A DNA stretch of 64,000 nt from Octopus sinensis (taxonomy: Eukaryota). The notes under the pieces were generated by a model. The model made no database searches. It was not told the origin of the DNA and worked only from the letters and a program-made list of their open reading frames with translations. Positions within the stretch are counted from its first letter, which is position 1; each line of letters begins with the position of its first letter. Position numbers and translations under genes: made by a program. This document shows, one piece after another, positions 39,600 through 52,120 of this stretch. The stretch covers positions 3,348,001 through 3,412,000 of the forward strand of contig NC_043003.1 in the NCBI RefSeq assembly GCF_006345805.1, read 5' to 3'.

Positions 39600-41100
39600 C
39601 CTTCAGAAGCAGATCTTAAATCATTTGGATCTAAATTTGAACTGAAAAAGATTTCAGTAAGAATACACTCAAGCTAAACACAATCAAGACAGAATACAAC
39701 ACCAGAAGCAGAGTCTTCTCCTTCACAAACGACACCTGATTCCTCTTTTATCCTCTTTTTTTCTCCATTTGTCATTCTTGCACACTAAACTAATGTATCC
39801 CAGTGGAGCGTACTCACTTCATTCCCGTTTAGTCTTTGCAAATTTCTTTCTTTCAAAACCTACATGATGCTACCATGTAGCATCACAGCTCATTGCATAA
39901 CAAGCATCATACAATCTGCCCTTCATTTTGAGAGAGACCTTTTGTTTCCAGCAGAGTAACAAAGTAAAGTAAGAAAGTACTGGCAGTCGTAAGGGACCTA
40001 CAGAGTTGGTCTGTGTTCTTACTCAGGCATCTAGGCTTTCAGAACATCCACCTCCACTGCGAATCAGATCATCAAGGCAACAAATCTGAATGTTTGAAAG
40101 AATACATTTCATGTGTGCTGTCCCTGCTGACTGCTCCAGTGCATCTGCCATATATAAAGTCTACAGTCTCTGTTTGCCAGTCACTACTCATCTTGCACAT
40201 CCAAACTTTAGATTGAGTACATCGTGTGCAATGTCAGCCTACTTCTTTATTACATATCAAGCACAGTTATTTCCCTTAAAGCACTTAAAGCTTTACTCTT
40301 TGTTAAGTTTACTTTGAAGTCCCTAAATTCTAGGTTTGGCTTCCACATCTAAATATGTTCTCTAAATCTTTTACAGATTCATCTACAAGAATTAAGCCAT
40401 CAAAAACAGAAGGTTCAAAGAACAGCCAGTCTTAAACTCCTGTCATCACCTGGAAGATTATAATAAACAGGAATGAAGTGAGAACTGAACCCTGATGGAC
40501 TCCTACCAACACACTAAATTCCTTGTTGAACTTATTGTTGATTGCTCCTATGTGCAAGGTTTGCACTGTCCCCACAATTCTTCAAAATTATCAATCTTTC
40601 AAAATGAACATTTTCAATATTTTCATGAAGATGATGCCTGTGCTTCTGTTAAATTTCACACAGAATCTAATGGGATTTCTTTACAAACAATCAAATTGTT
40701 ATGTGACCCACAATTTTTGTGTGGATAATCTCAAGACCAATACAGGTAAGATGTATGCAATGCATCCCAAGGCTTGCTTTCTTATCTGTCCAATGAAAAT
40801 ACTAAAAACTTAATTGCTCATGTTTGTATTTACACAACAAGAACATATTTCACCAGAGAAACTAGGATACAACATGGTCATATTATAATCAAACTGCTTT
40901 GACACAAAACAAAACCCAACAATGAAATGCTCTAACAAAACTCTCCTCCAGCAATGGATGGGCACAAAAGTATACATTAAATCTGTAATTGATGGGACTT
41001 TAGGATCTGTAAGAGACAAGGTCTGATGGTCTGTGGTGATGCATTCTGGTTTCAACCGAATCAAGATTTAAAAAACAGTGTTTTAGTCATCGTGAATGCT
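39600..41100 (-). mobile_element. Old, heavily degraded RTE LINE
   Basis: VGVHQGSVL..FLFII and EFKTGC near 40410-40520; SLKMKGRLYDAC near 39890-39940. Confidence 0.7.
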
Positions 41101-42865
41101 GATTAGACAGTGTTTCTGTGAATGTCTCACTAATTGGAATGGTCTGTAACATGGACATTACCGTCATGCAATTCCCTCAGCCACAAATGACAGAGTTACA
41201 AAGAACCATAATATTCAATCAATACTATTAGGTAATCAACAAAAAAGCACTTTTTACATACAAAATCTAGACTTTTACCAGAAGGCCACACCCCTGTTGG
41301 TTTATTCTATCAAAGATGATATTTCAGCCATTGGATATAACCAGTGTTGCAGGGTAGAAGACAACGAAAGAATACTAATAATACATTTGGTACACCAAAA
41401 ATTCCAAAAACATGAAATATGTAGAAAAACAATCACATTTTAAAGATTGTGGCAACACATTCAGTGAAAAAAAACTTGTTTACTGGAGAATACCTTTCGG
41501 AGATTAGCAAGATTTAAAATTTCTTAAAATAATCAAAACAAAAATACACTTTCTTGTGATCCTTTTTGTCTAAATTCATTAAACAACAGCTTAAGTATCA
41601 CACTTTTCATAAATATTTTTATAGTTTATAAATAAATTGTATAATTTATTGAGTATTTGTTCAATAGATTTTTAAAAAGCAGTCAACAAAAATTTCATCC
41701 GCAATGGAGAGAAAGTTTGTTTTACAAATTTCCTTTCCATTTTGATGCATAAATTTACATATCTTCACTTATTTTTCATTTCATCTCTCATTTTCCACAT
41801 GTCCTGAAGAAGAGGTTATAGCCCCAAAATTTAGAAATATAAAAATTTGTTTTCTTTTCTTTTTGGAGTTTATATCTTCATAATGTAACATCATCATTTA
41901 ACGTCTGCTTTCCATGCTAGCATGGGTTGGATGGTTCAACTGGGGTCTGTGAAACCAGAAGGCTGCTTCAGGCCCAGTCTGATCTGGCAGTGTTTCTACA
42001 GCTGGATGCCCTTCCTAACGCCAACCACTCCGAGAGTGTAGTGGGTGCTTTTTACGTGCCACCCGCACAGGTGCCAGACGGAGCATTATATAAAAGATTT
42101 TTATGGTAAATATTGAAAAATTAGGGTTTGGTGTAGTAACAATATAATCTTTGTATACATTATTTAGTTCGGGACCTCACTGAACACAATGTCTTTCATA
42201 ATATAATGGCTTTTCCCCATCATTTCTTTTATTTTTTAAAAGAAACCGATTGTCCATGGTGGAACCGTGGCCGTGGTAAATATATTCTTACTCCATTGAA
42301 AGCCAGACCCTGTGCTAGGTTTATAGTCAGAGTATATAACAAGCTTGTTTGCTGTGCTGGGGAAGCATTTATAGAATTAATTTGCTTCTGGCTGATCTGG
42401 AAATGGTAAACGAAGAGACACCCATAGAAATTTGCAATGCAGAGTTCCATGCATGCAGTTTGTCAAATGTGACTCTCAGAGTCTCAGCAGAGAGGAATGT
42501 TACCTTTTCAGTTAAGTAAATTAACCTCCCAGTGCTACAGCATGGATCGTGTAGTTTACACTATTTCATAGGTTTGATACAGTTCAATGCACAGGGATAA
42601 ACAAATAAATAAATAAATAAAATGTGATGGATGATGCATGAGAAGTAATTTAACCCAGAATAGACAACAAAAGAAATAATATATTATATATTTACTTAAT
42701 CACTCATTGAGCAAAATGGTGCAGTGGAAGAATGCTGGGCCCTTAACCCAGAGGTCGAGAGAGTGAAACTGCACTTCATGAAGAAATGGATACCGTTTTT
42801 GATATTTATACATCACAACTGAGCTGTCTACAAATATACCACCCTTTACAGTCATACATACACAA

Positions 42866-42916
<51 letters not shown>

Positions 42917-42919
<3 letters not shown>

Positions 42920-43293
42920 TTGCGTCAGAAATTAATTAGCACTTCTCAAATTTCTACATTAAATAGGTTAAATCAATTAACCTACAAGCTGTTCAAAACG
43001 TCTTACGCGATGAGAAAACTTAGTATGGTGTGATTTCGGTCCTTGCGAGGCGCTACCTATATCTATTAAACAAAGGAAGATTTGTCTGCATCCGCACTCC
43101 AATTTGTTGCACTGCTATGTCAACATCATAAGGCTGTAGACTCTCAAACTGCCCTGCAAACAAAGTTACGTCATCGTTCTGCGCAACAGTGAACTCGCAA
43201 CGAAGCAATAGTTCGAGATATGGCCACTAGGTGACAGCACATACCTTGAGTGAAGAGCAAATCAAGGGTGCTAATTAATTTCTGACGGTAGTG
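42917..43293. mobile_element. Tc1/mariner-type MITE (377 bp)
   Basis: 26-bp TIR CACT(TG/AC)CGTCAGAAATTAATTAGCAC with 2 mismatches and TA on both sides, inserted in (TA)n. Confidence 0.9.
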
Positions 43294-43387
43294 TATATAT
43301 AGTGAATCCAAACAAAGAAGAACAAACAAGAAAAAACAATAACGCAAGGATGTGGTACAAGTATTGTATTATCAGACGCTAAAGAGG

Positions 43388-43422
43388 ATTTAATGTTTCG
43401 AGACTTGCTCTTCTTCAGAAAT
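43388..43422 (-). ncRNA. Minimal type-I hammerhead motif (family D) within a TA-flanked repeat at about 43299-43490
   Basis: AUUU-CUGAAGA-A-GAG(CAAGU)CUC-GAAA-CA-UU|AAAU; ACAU is likely a CpG-decayed ACGU. Confidence 0.6.
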
Positions 43423-43649
43423 AGAAGAAAGTCCAAAGGAAGCAAAGACGGAGGAAGAAATCACCAACAATACACATGCGGTTACATTATATATATATAA
43501 ATGGATGAATGAATAATCCTTTGTTTACCGTTAACATGGAAAATTCAATAAACAGTTACCACGGTAGCAAAATTCACTCAAGTAACACGGATGAAGCAAC
43601 CTATTCAAAGCAACCTATCCAGGTTAATGTGTAGTAATTTGTGTAGTAT

Positions 43650-43725
43650 AAGTAAATAAATGGAGTGGAACGCAGACGTTATTAAAATTCTTTTAATAAC
43701 ATCTGCGTTCAACTCCATTTATTTA

Positions 43726-43728
<3 letters not shown>
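43650..43728. repeat. Fold-back hairpin, 38-bp arms, 3-nt loop
   Basis: AAGTAAATAAATGGAGTGGAACGCAGACGTTATTAAAA-ttc-reverse complement with 2 mismatches; abuts (TA)n. Confidence 0.95.
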
Positions 43729-43774
<46 letters not shown>

Positions 43775-44074
43775 GTGTGTATAAATTATATCCAATAGAA
43801 ATTTCTGCAGGATCAAGGGGTCACCAACAAATTGGAGAACACTAAAACCCAAATAGCATTGTGGGCAGAGATGACAACAACAAGACTTTTCACTTAGTAG
43901 AGAGGATAAATAAAGCAGATATTGAATTCTTTCCATTCTAAATCTGTATTATTTGTGCCATTTAAATATTTACTACACCGATATTTGTCTATCTATTAAG
44001 GTACCAGGCATCAAAGTATCAAGGCAGTTTCAATGAAGATTGAAGATTCAAACTGTTCTATGGAGCAAAGATTA

Positions 44075-44320
44075 TTTGCCAACATAACATGGCAGTCCTG
44101 GTTTAGGACGAATGTTGCTGTAATTTAGCCCCAGGAGACATCGTCTCCAGCTGGCTATACAACACAATCTGTGTCCTTATATTTTCGAACAAGGGCATCT
44201 AGCACCCCCACTCAGTCCTAAACCAGGACTGCCATGTTATGTTGGCAAACAATCTTTACAACAAAGTACTGTTACTGAATATCTCTCATTGTGAGATTTA
44301 CAAAAAGTAATTTTCCAAAC
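44075..44320. mobile_element. Family A fragment with an internal strand switch
   Basis: Perfect 35-bp inverted repeat (44075-44109 and 44215-44249). The first part is the reverse complement of family A and the rest continues family A forward. Confidence 0.85.
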
Positions 44321-46015
44321 TGTTCTGGTTTTCAAATTTAGAACATATGGTGGCATCCTGGTGTGAGTAAATGAGTTTAAAACCCCAAATAAGGGAGCAC
44401 TCGTAACTTCCAGTTGGTTGCCACTACTTATTGGTTTGTCTATTTTTTTTTTTTTTTTAGTTATGCACTGGCATGGCCGTGTGGTTAAGAAGCTTGCTTT
44501 CCAGCCACATGGTTTCAGGTTCAGTCCCACTGCATGGCACCATGAGACATGCCTCCTAAAAGTTTGCTTACATTTGTAATATCTTGATAATTTTCCATAC
44601 TTTGTAACCCTGTGTCATTAAATTTGGGACCCCTTTTTTTTGAGAATCCTGTTAAGTGTTTGCTGCATCAAAAGGAAGAAAAAGTCGGTGTTTTCCTTGG
44701 AAATGAAATTATGAAGGAATGAAATGGTGGAGATTAAGAAGTCTCCCTTAGATTGAGCCACAAATTCTCCACACTGGGAGATCATAGCCTCTGGTATTAC
44801 AGATATGATTAGATTGACAGAGGGAAAAATCACAAGAGCCAACCAGCAGGAAACCTAGGATTAGAGACCAAGACCGAGATGGTTGGATAATAATATCCAT
44901 ACTCTTGGTTGGTCATGCTTGGGAATCCAGCTGGAAGCTGTAATCATGGTTGTTTCTTTGAGGACCCTATGGAGGAGGTGCCTGAGGGCTCTAGCTCCGC
45001 AACCCTTCCAGGGAATAATGGGCAGAGCAAATGGATGGATGAAACAGTGGACAGGGTGTTAGCATAATACAATAAAGCATCCAGTGTGACTGGGGGGGGG
45101 AGAAAAACCCCACCCCAAATACCCGAAACTAAAGATGTTACTTATCACACACAATTAGTCTCTTATTATTTGCACAATTTGAGGGATTACTTAAAGACAT
45201 TAGATCCACTCAGCCTTTGTGCTAAAGAAAAAAAAAAAAGCAAAAAGAAAACTTTTACTATTCACTTATGACATTTCCATTTTTTTTCTTTTGTTTTTAC
45301 ATCATCATCATCATCATCATTTAGCATCCGCTTTCCATGCTAGCATGGGTTGGACGGTTCAACTGGGGTCTGGGAAGCCAGAAGGCTGCACCAGGCCCAG
45401 TTTGATCTGGCAGTGTTTCTACAGCTGGATGCCCTTCCTAACGCCAACCACTCCATGAGTGTAGTGGGTGCTTTTTACGTGCTACCGGCACAGGTACCAG
45501 ACGAGTCTGGCAAACGGCCACGATCGGATGGTGCTTTTTATGTGCCACCGGCACGGGGGCCAGGCGAGGCTGGCAACGGCCTTTTACCAAAGAAAATTTT
45601 TTTGGCCCTGGACAACTGTCTTCTCCCTTGTTGCATTTCACTTTGAAGTATAACATACAAACTTATGCCCTGACAAGTGAAAGAACACAAGAGATGGATG
45701 GATTAAACATGCTAATTAGGTATTTATTAATTTAAATCTCAAATATGCAAATTACGCACAGCAGGTTTTGAAATTTTCAAATAGTTTACATTCCTCATTT
45801 ATGTTTTACCAAGTTTGAACAGGATTCCATTATTGTTCCTTTGTTACTGTTCTGTTTCAATAAAAGAGACACAACAGTGCAGCCAACCTCTTTCAGCCAA
45901 TTCCTTGTCTGCTCGTCTCATTGTATAAAAAAAATCTCACCACACCAGGAGAGAAGCTGGAGATTCAAAATAAAGGTCCAGTTTATTGGTAAAAAAAAAA
46001 CAATCTATAAACAAC

Positions 46016-47015
46016 ATAACTGAAACAAGTAAAAAAAATCCTATATTGTCTTCATCCTCATCATTGTTTAGCATTCACCTTTCCAAGCTTGCAAGAATCA
46101 GACAGAATTTTTTGAGGCCGATTTCTTACTGCCAGATGCCCTTCCTGTCACCAACCCTTACCTGTTTCCAAACCAGGTAATATTTCCCCATGGCCAGACA
46201 TGTTTCTTCAGAAGATTTGGAATGAAGGACACTGCTTGTATGACAGGGACGCTTATTTACAACCACCATGCACTATCAAGGCAAGGATATGTACACACAC
46301 ATGTAAGATAGGCTTCTTTCAGATCCCTCCTATGAAATCTGTTCACAAGGTTTTGGTTGGTTTGGAGTTATCACAAATGACTCTTACCCAAGATTCCATA
46401 TATCAGGATTGAATCTGACGCCATGTGGCTGGGAAGCAAATCTCTTACCAAGCAGCCACTTGTGGCTTGGAAAAATAATTTTTTTTTCCTGTATTGAAAA
46501 TATATTCCAATCAGCTGCCCTAGATTTTGAAAACGACATCCTTACAAATGGAATATTCTTCAGTGCTACACTCAAGCAGACCCCTCTCCTTTACAAATGG
46601 AATAACCCTCACTTTTGTTGCCATTGTAATGTGTCCAGTTTTCAAAAATTACCTAATTTAAAAATTTCAAGGATTTGAAACCTTGTGAACAGATTTCATA
46701 GGAGGGATCTGAAAGAAGCCTATCTTACATGTGTGTGTACATATCCTTGCCTTGATAGTGCATGGTGGTTGTAAATAAGCGTCCCTGTCATACAAGCAGT
46801 GTCCTTCATTCCAAATCTTCTGAAGAAACATGTCTGGCCATGGGGAAATATTACCTGGTTTGGAAACAGGTAAGGGTTGGTGACAGGAAGGGCATCTGGC
46901 AGTAAGAAATCGGCCTCAAAAAATTCTGTCTGATTCTTGCAAGCTTGGAAAGGTGAATGCTGAACAATGATGATGATGAAGACAATATAGGATTTTTTTT
47001 ACTTGCTTCAGTTAT
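46016..47015. repeat. Inverted duplication: 338-bp arms (46016-46353, 46678-47015), 324-bp spacer
   Basis: 3 mismatches in 338 bp by manual comparison; the arms span several unrelated repeat remnants. Confidence 0.95.
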
Positions 47016-48515
47016 TAGACTGTGGCCATGCTGGAGCACCACTTTGAAGGGCTTTTAGTGGAACAAGTTGACCCCAGTACGCTAAGTTACAAAGATGTAA
47101 ACCCACCATCACCAGTTGTCAAGCAGTGAAGGGGAACAAACATAATAACAGACACACACACACACAATTGCATATAACAAGTTTCTTTTGGTTCCCACTT
47201 ATGAAATCCATTCACGGGACTGAACCTGGAACCATGAGTTTAGGAAGCGAGCTTCTTACCACACAGCCATGCCCTGCACCTATTGTATAAACAATATATC
47301 AATACGGACAATATATGATAATATATGTAAACACTGCATCTCTGAAGATAACGATTAACAAAACAATCGTAAGCATAGATTATGGTTGGGACGCACGGGC
47401 AAAAGTTTACATGTCTTTGTAATCTAGAATAAAGATAATTATCAACTAATTAGTGGAGTTTTAACAACTGTTGTTATGGTTACACAAAGAGAGATATGAT
47501 ATATGGAGATATTGAAGAACTTTATTTAAATTGGTTAATCAATGGAAACTATTAATTAGGAGATTCAAACATATTTTACATTGATCCGTCTGCAAAATGG
47601 TGATTATAAAGAGACAAAGAGGAACACAGTGCAGCTTTATAGGGATGCGGCATGGATGGATCACTAATCTATTGGTTAGAGTACCGTAATATTACGCAAC
47701 AGAGCTCCAAGTGCAGGGGAACAACAGTTGCATTTGGACTGCGTCCATTTGGCCGGCCTTTACTGCGGCCATCACCAAACTCTGTGCAACATACAGAAAG
47801 AAGCTGGACAAAGGATTGAGCAAACTGTCAAAGGCAAGATGGTGGTCATTAGCCTGATGGAGAAGTAGTATAACGAGGAAGGTGGGACTAAGAATCCTAT
47901 CTTAATATTTGATTAAGTAATTATATCCCACAGGATTGCCAGATTAAGATAGCCTTGGGACGACACAATTACAGCAGCAGAAATTTAGTACATCATGAAC
48001 CTATTACATCACTAACATCATCATCATCGTTTAACGTCCGCTTTCCATGCTAGCATGCGTTGGATGGTTTGACTGAGGGCTGGCGAACCAGATGGCTGCA
48101 CCAGGCTCCAGTCTGATCTGGCAGTGTTTCTACAGTACAGAGTGTACTGGGTGCGTTTTACGTGCCACAGGCTATTGTTAACCCGTTAATCCACTCGGCT
48201 ATTACATCTCTCACCTATTGCATCATCATCATTTAATGTCTGTTTTCCATGCTGGCATGTGTTGGTCGGTCTGACAGGAACTGGCATGGCCGGAGAGCTG
48301 CACCAGGCACCGATTGTCTGAATTGACCTGGTCTCTACAGCTGGATGCCTTTCCTAATGCCAACCACTTTACAGAATGTGCTGGGTGCTTTCTATGTGGC
48401 ACTGGCACCAGTGAGGTTACCAAATAACTTGCAAAACAATATACGTAACAGTGTTATTCTTTACAACACAGCCTTTCTTAAACATGTCCTGTAAACACTA
48501 AAGACATCTTGCTGT

Positions 48516-48561
<46 letters not shown>

Positions 48562-48739
48562 TATATATGTGACTGCACCATCATCCAAGCAGCATCATTT
48601 ATTTCCAATGGTGCACGAAAATATGCCCAACCATGGGAAAATATTACCTTGCTTGGAAATATATGAGGATTGTCAAAGGGTGTTTGGCTTGAAAAAAATC
48701 TGTCTCAATGAATTCATCTAACCCATGCAAGCATGGCAC

Positions 48740-49200
48740 AAAATGGACAGCTGGCATTGGTTGGATGGGTGTCATGGTCTGAGCCCTCATTTAGGGTTCC
48801 TTCTCTCCAACACAGGTCAGTGGAGCATATTCCACATGTACAGACCATTGTGGGCTTGGTTTCTATCGCCTGCCCAACAAACGACGACGCCGTGGTGATC
48901 TCATTCTTGCTCACAACATCATAAGTGGAAAGTGTAACTTCTCGAAAGAGCTGTTCTTCACTCCTGCTCCAGAGCGTCGGCTGCGGGGTCACTCCGAAAA
49001 GCTCTATTTGCGATGATTTCATCTCAATTGAAGGAGAGGGGGTTTCTCCGTCTGGGTTGCGGATCCGTGGAATAAGTTGCTGGACGAGATAGTGAAGATG
49101 CCGACGACCGCTTGGTTCAAAGTCTCCGTTGACCAGAAATGGCCCGAACTCTTTACATGAACACCACCCTGTACATAACTCCATGTCCCCCTACATGGCC
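48740..49200 (-). mobile_element. Probable L1/Tx1-like LINE ORF2 fragment
   Basis: GC-rich island; IPRIRNPDG...S..EM resembles the Tx1 inter-domain I..L...DG....S..EM segment; frameshifted. Confidence 0.4.
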
Positions 49201-49372
49201 TTGCTTTTTGCTTTTTGAGCCAAAAAATTAACTTAACTTAACACCAAACACTTTACAGTGTAATATATATATCAGAACAGGAGATTGGAAAAAATCATTT
49301 ATTCACCATTACGTGTTTCATTTGCTAATAAGAGTTCAGGAGTTACAAAACTGTACATGTAAGATATCTCTA

Positions 49373-49462
49373 CACCACATGCCCACGGGCTTATAGAGTA
49401 GTGCTTAAGAGTGTGGGCTACTAACCCCAAGATTCCGAGTTCGATTCCAGGCAGTGACCTGC

Positions 49463-49514
<52 letters not shown>

Positions 49515-49664
49515 CAACAATAATAACATCGAAAAATGCCTTAAGAATGAGAACCCAGGTATAAAATTTTCCCAAGATACCTGGTGAAGGTTGGAGGGTA
49601 TATCAGCCGAAACATTCTGTTAACAACAAAGAAGATGAGGACAAATATCCGTCAAATATAAATA
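49373..49664 (+). mobile_element. Complete family C unit: tRNA-like head, (AAT)n, decayed hammerhead, 3' end
   Basis: 16-bp flanking direct repeat ATGTAAGATA(T/C)CTCTA at 49357-49372 and 49665-49680; core mutated to CUGGUGA at 49581-49587. Confidence 0.8.
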
Positions 49665-50229
49665 ATGTAAGATACCTCTAATTAGAATTTTTTTTTAAAC
49701 AGAGAATTCCAATTTCCTATTTTGATTCGTAATTACTCTGCAGAAACTATTTCCCAGCATTTTCAAACTCTTGTGCATACCTCACACAAATATAACATCT
49801 GCATACAACTTTGGGATACTGGAAAAAGCAGACGTGAATCATGAGGGCACAGCTTGGATTATAACCTTATCTACATAATTATATATATATATAAAGGTGT
49901 GTGTAGATATATATTTACTGGTGAAAAAAAACCAAACAGATTGGGAAAGCTCTCAGCCAGATTAACATGCAAAGGTTTAAAATCATTTCTGATCTACGAA
50001 GAAATAAAACCGAGCCACTGTTGCCCACCCCACAACACACTTCAGATGCTATAAAGCTGATTTCTATCTTAAGCCATCAATTAAACACATCAATATCGCT
50101 AAAACTAACATAGGGATAATAAGCAATCGTTTATTAGGTAGAATAATTACTGCCGTTTACAACATAGCTTTCTGGCCTCTTTGAAATAATAACCTATAAG
50201 TTATTTATTGATCCAGATGAGAATAGTAT

Positions 50230-51000
50230 GAAATTCTTTCAATTTAATCTTTAAGACAACTAAGTCTCTCTTTTGCACTAAATCTACACAACCCAAACAC
50301 TATTAACTTCACCAGGTCAATCACTCATAGAACTAACCTTGAAACGGAAATCATTTTGCACACATGCCAAACCTTGAGCAATTATAACAACTCTGTATGG
50401 ATTAATAAACAGTTTAATTCACCTTTCATGATTATAATAGAGGATGGAGGAGAGTCTAAAAGACATGGCAGAAATTAGCGATCTTATTGGTCAGTATATA
50501 TTACACAACTTAAAAATGGTCTTCTCTGACGTTAAAAGCAGTCTTTATAGAGATGATGGTTTATTGATCTTGAAAGAATTGCAATCCACAAACCAATCCT
50601 GATTCAGAATACACTTACCCTTTGTGAAAACATAGGATAACAAATCACAATCGATAACAATCTTCTAAAGCTAACTTCCAGAACATCACCTTTGGGTTTG
50701 TTTTATATTTCCTTTACCATAAATTAAATGAATCTTTGAACTATGTAAGTACTCAAATCTCTTGGGGGGAATATTCCTAATCTTTCTTAAACTGTCCCCA
50801 CTTTCTGATAATAAGCAAATCTTCACAGGTTCCTCTTAAATTTAAACAATACCCTATCTAGAAACAGGTTCAAATACAGAAGCACTTGCATTGAATACAA
50901 ACCTGGACTTACATAAATTTAGAAAAAGAAATGTCGGCCGGTTTAATTCCCTATTTGATATCACTGTGGCTACTACAGTGGCTAAGGAATTTTAAAATTA
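50230..51000 (+). mobile_element. Penelope-like reverse transcriptase remnant
   Basis: In-frame DMAEISDLIGQYIL...SLYRDDGL (50462-50563) matches the PLE DGAE.CELVG..IL...GLYRDDGL motif. RKRNVGRFNSLF..VAT.VAKEF (50921-50992) matches RKRNI.WFNPP...V.T..GK.F. Confidence 0.75.
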
Positions 51001-51273
51001 GTTAACATAAGTACAACCAATTTTTTATCAAAAAACATGATTGAAATTTCATATTTTTCTAATGTATTAGTTATCTGAAACCTTGCAAAACTAAACCATG
51101 ACACAAACCAATGCAATTGCATTGACCTTAATATGTGCATCTTATTGTTTGGTGATGCATTGTTAATACCTCCAAAGCTCACATGGAAATTACTTCTAAC
51201 CCCTTCAAAGTTTCATATAATTCATACATCTCCTCTTTTAGAAACCTTCAGAAGAGAAACCAAGCTTCATCAA

Positions 51274-51496
51274 CCCTTTTGTTACCATATTTCTGTTGAG
51301 ATGCTCTGTGTTGCTTTCAATTAATTTTAAATATAACAAAGAATTTAGTAAAAAAAACTTCGTTATCATTCAGCTAGTGTTAGGAACATAAATTGTGACT
51401 AAGGTTTGGTGGAAGATTTTAATTCAAAACTTATGAAAACAAGACATTTGTACTACAGAACCAGAGCTGGTTTCTGCTGGGTTGGTATCAAAAGGG
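51274..51496. mobile_element. piggyBac-type MITE
   Basis: TIR CCCTTTTG(T/A)TACCA, TCAA/TTAA flanks. Confidence 0.8.
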
Positions 51497-51527
51497 TTAA
51501 GAATTGTTTCTCTGTTATATATTTTAA

Positions 51528-52120
51528 CACTTTTGTTACCATATTTCTGTTGAGATGCTCTGTGTTGCTTTCAATTACTTTAAATATAACAAAAAGAATT
51601 TAGTAAAATAACTTATCTTTAAGCTAGTGTTAGGAACATACTGGCTTCTGTGCCGGTGGCACATAAAAAGCACCATCCGAACGTGGCCGATGCCAGCGCT
51701 GCCTCGACTGGCTTCTGTGCCGGTGGCACATAAAAAGCACCATCCGAACGTGGCCGATGCCAGCGCTGCCTTGACTGGCTTCCATGCCGGTGGCACGTTA
51801 AAAGCACCAACCAATCGTGGCCAATGCCAGCCTCCCCTGGCACCTGTGCTGGTGGCACATAAAAAGCACCCACTACACTCGCGGAGTGGTTGGCGTTAGG
51901 AAGGACATCCAGCTGTAGAAACACTGCCAGATCAGACTGGAGCCTGGTGCAGCCCCTGGCTTCCCAGACCCCGGTCGAACCGTCCAACCCGTGCTAGCGC
52001 GGAAAACGGACGTTAAACGATGATGATGTTTGATGGAAGATTTTAATTCAAAACTTTTGAAAACAAGACATTTGTACTACAGAGCCAGAGCCAGTTTCAG
52101 CTGGGTTGGTATTGAAAGGG
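51528..52120. mobile_element. Second copy of the same MITE, split by an RTE 3'UTR insertion (51641-52027)
   Basis: Both halves align to 51274-51496; TTAA at 51524-51527 and 52121-52124. Confidence 0.8.

Noticed and set aside
51641-51800. Regular 69-bp repeats resembling a CRISPR array
   Set aside because: The whole unit repeats with no unique spacers, the context is eukaryotic, and it is part of the RTE 3'UTR minisatellite.
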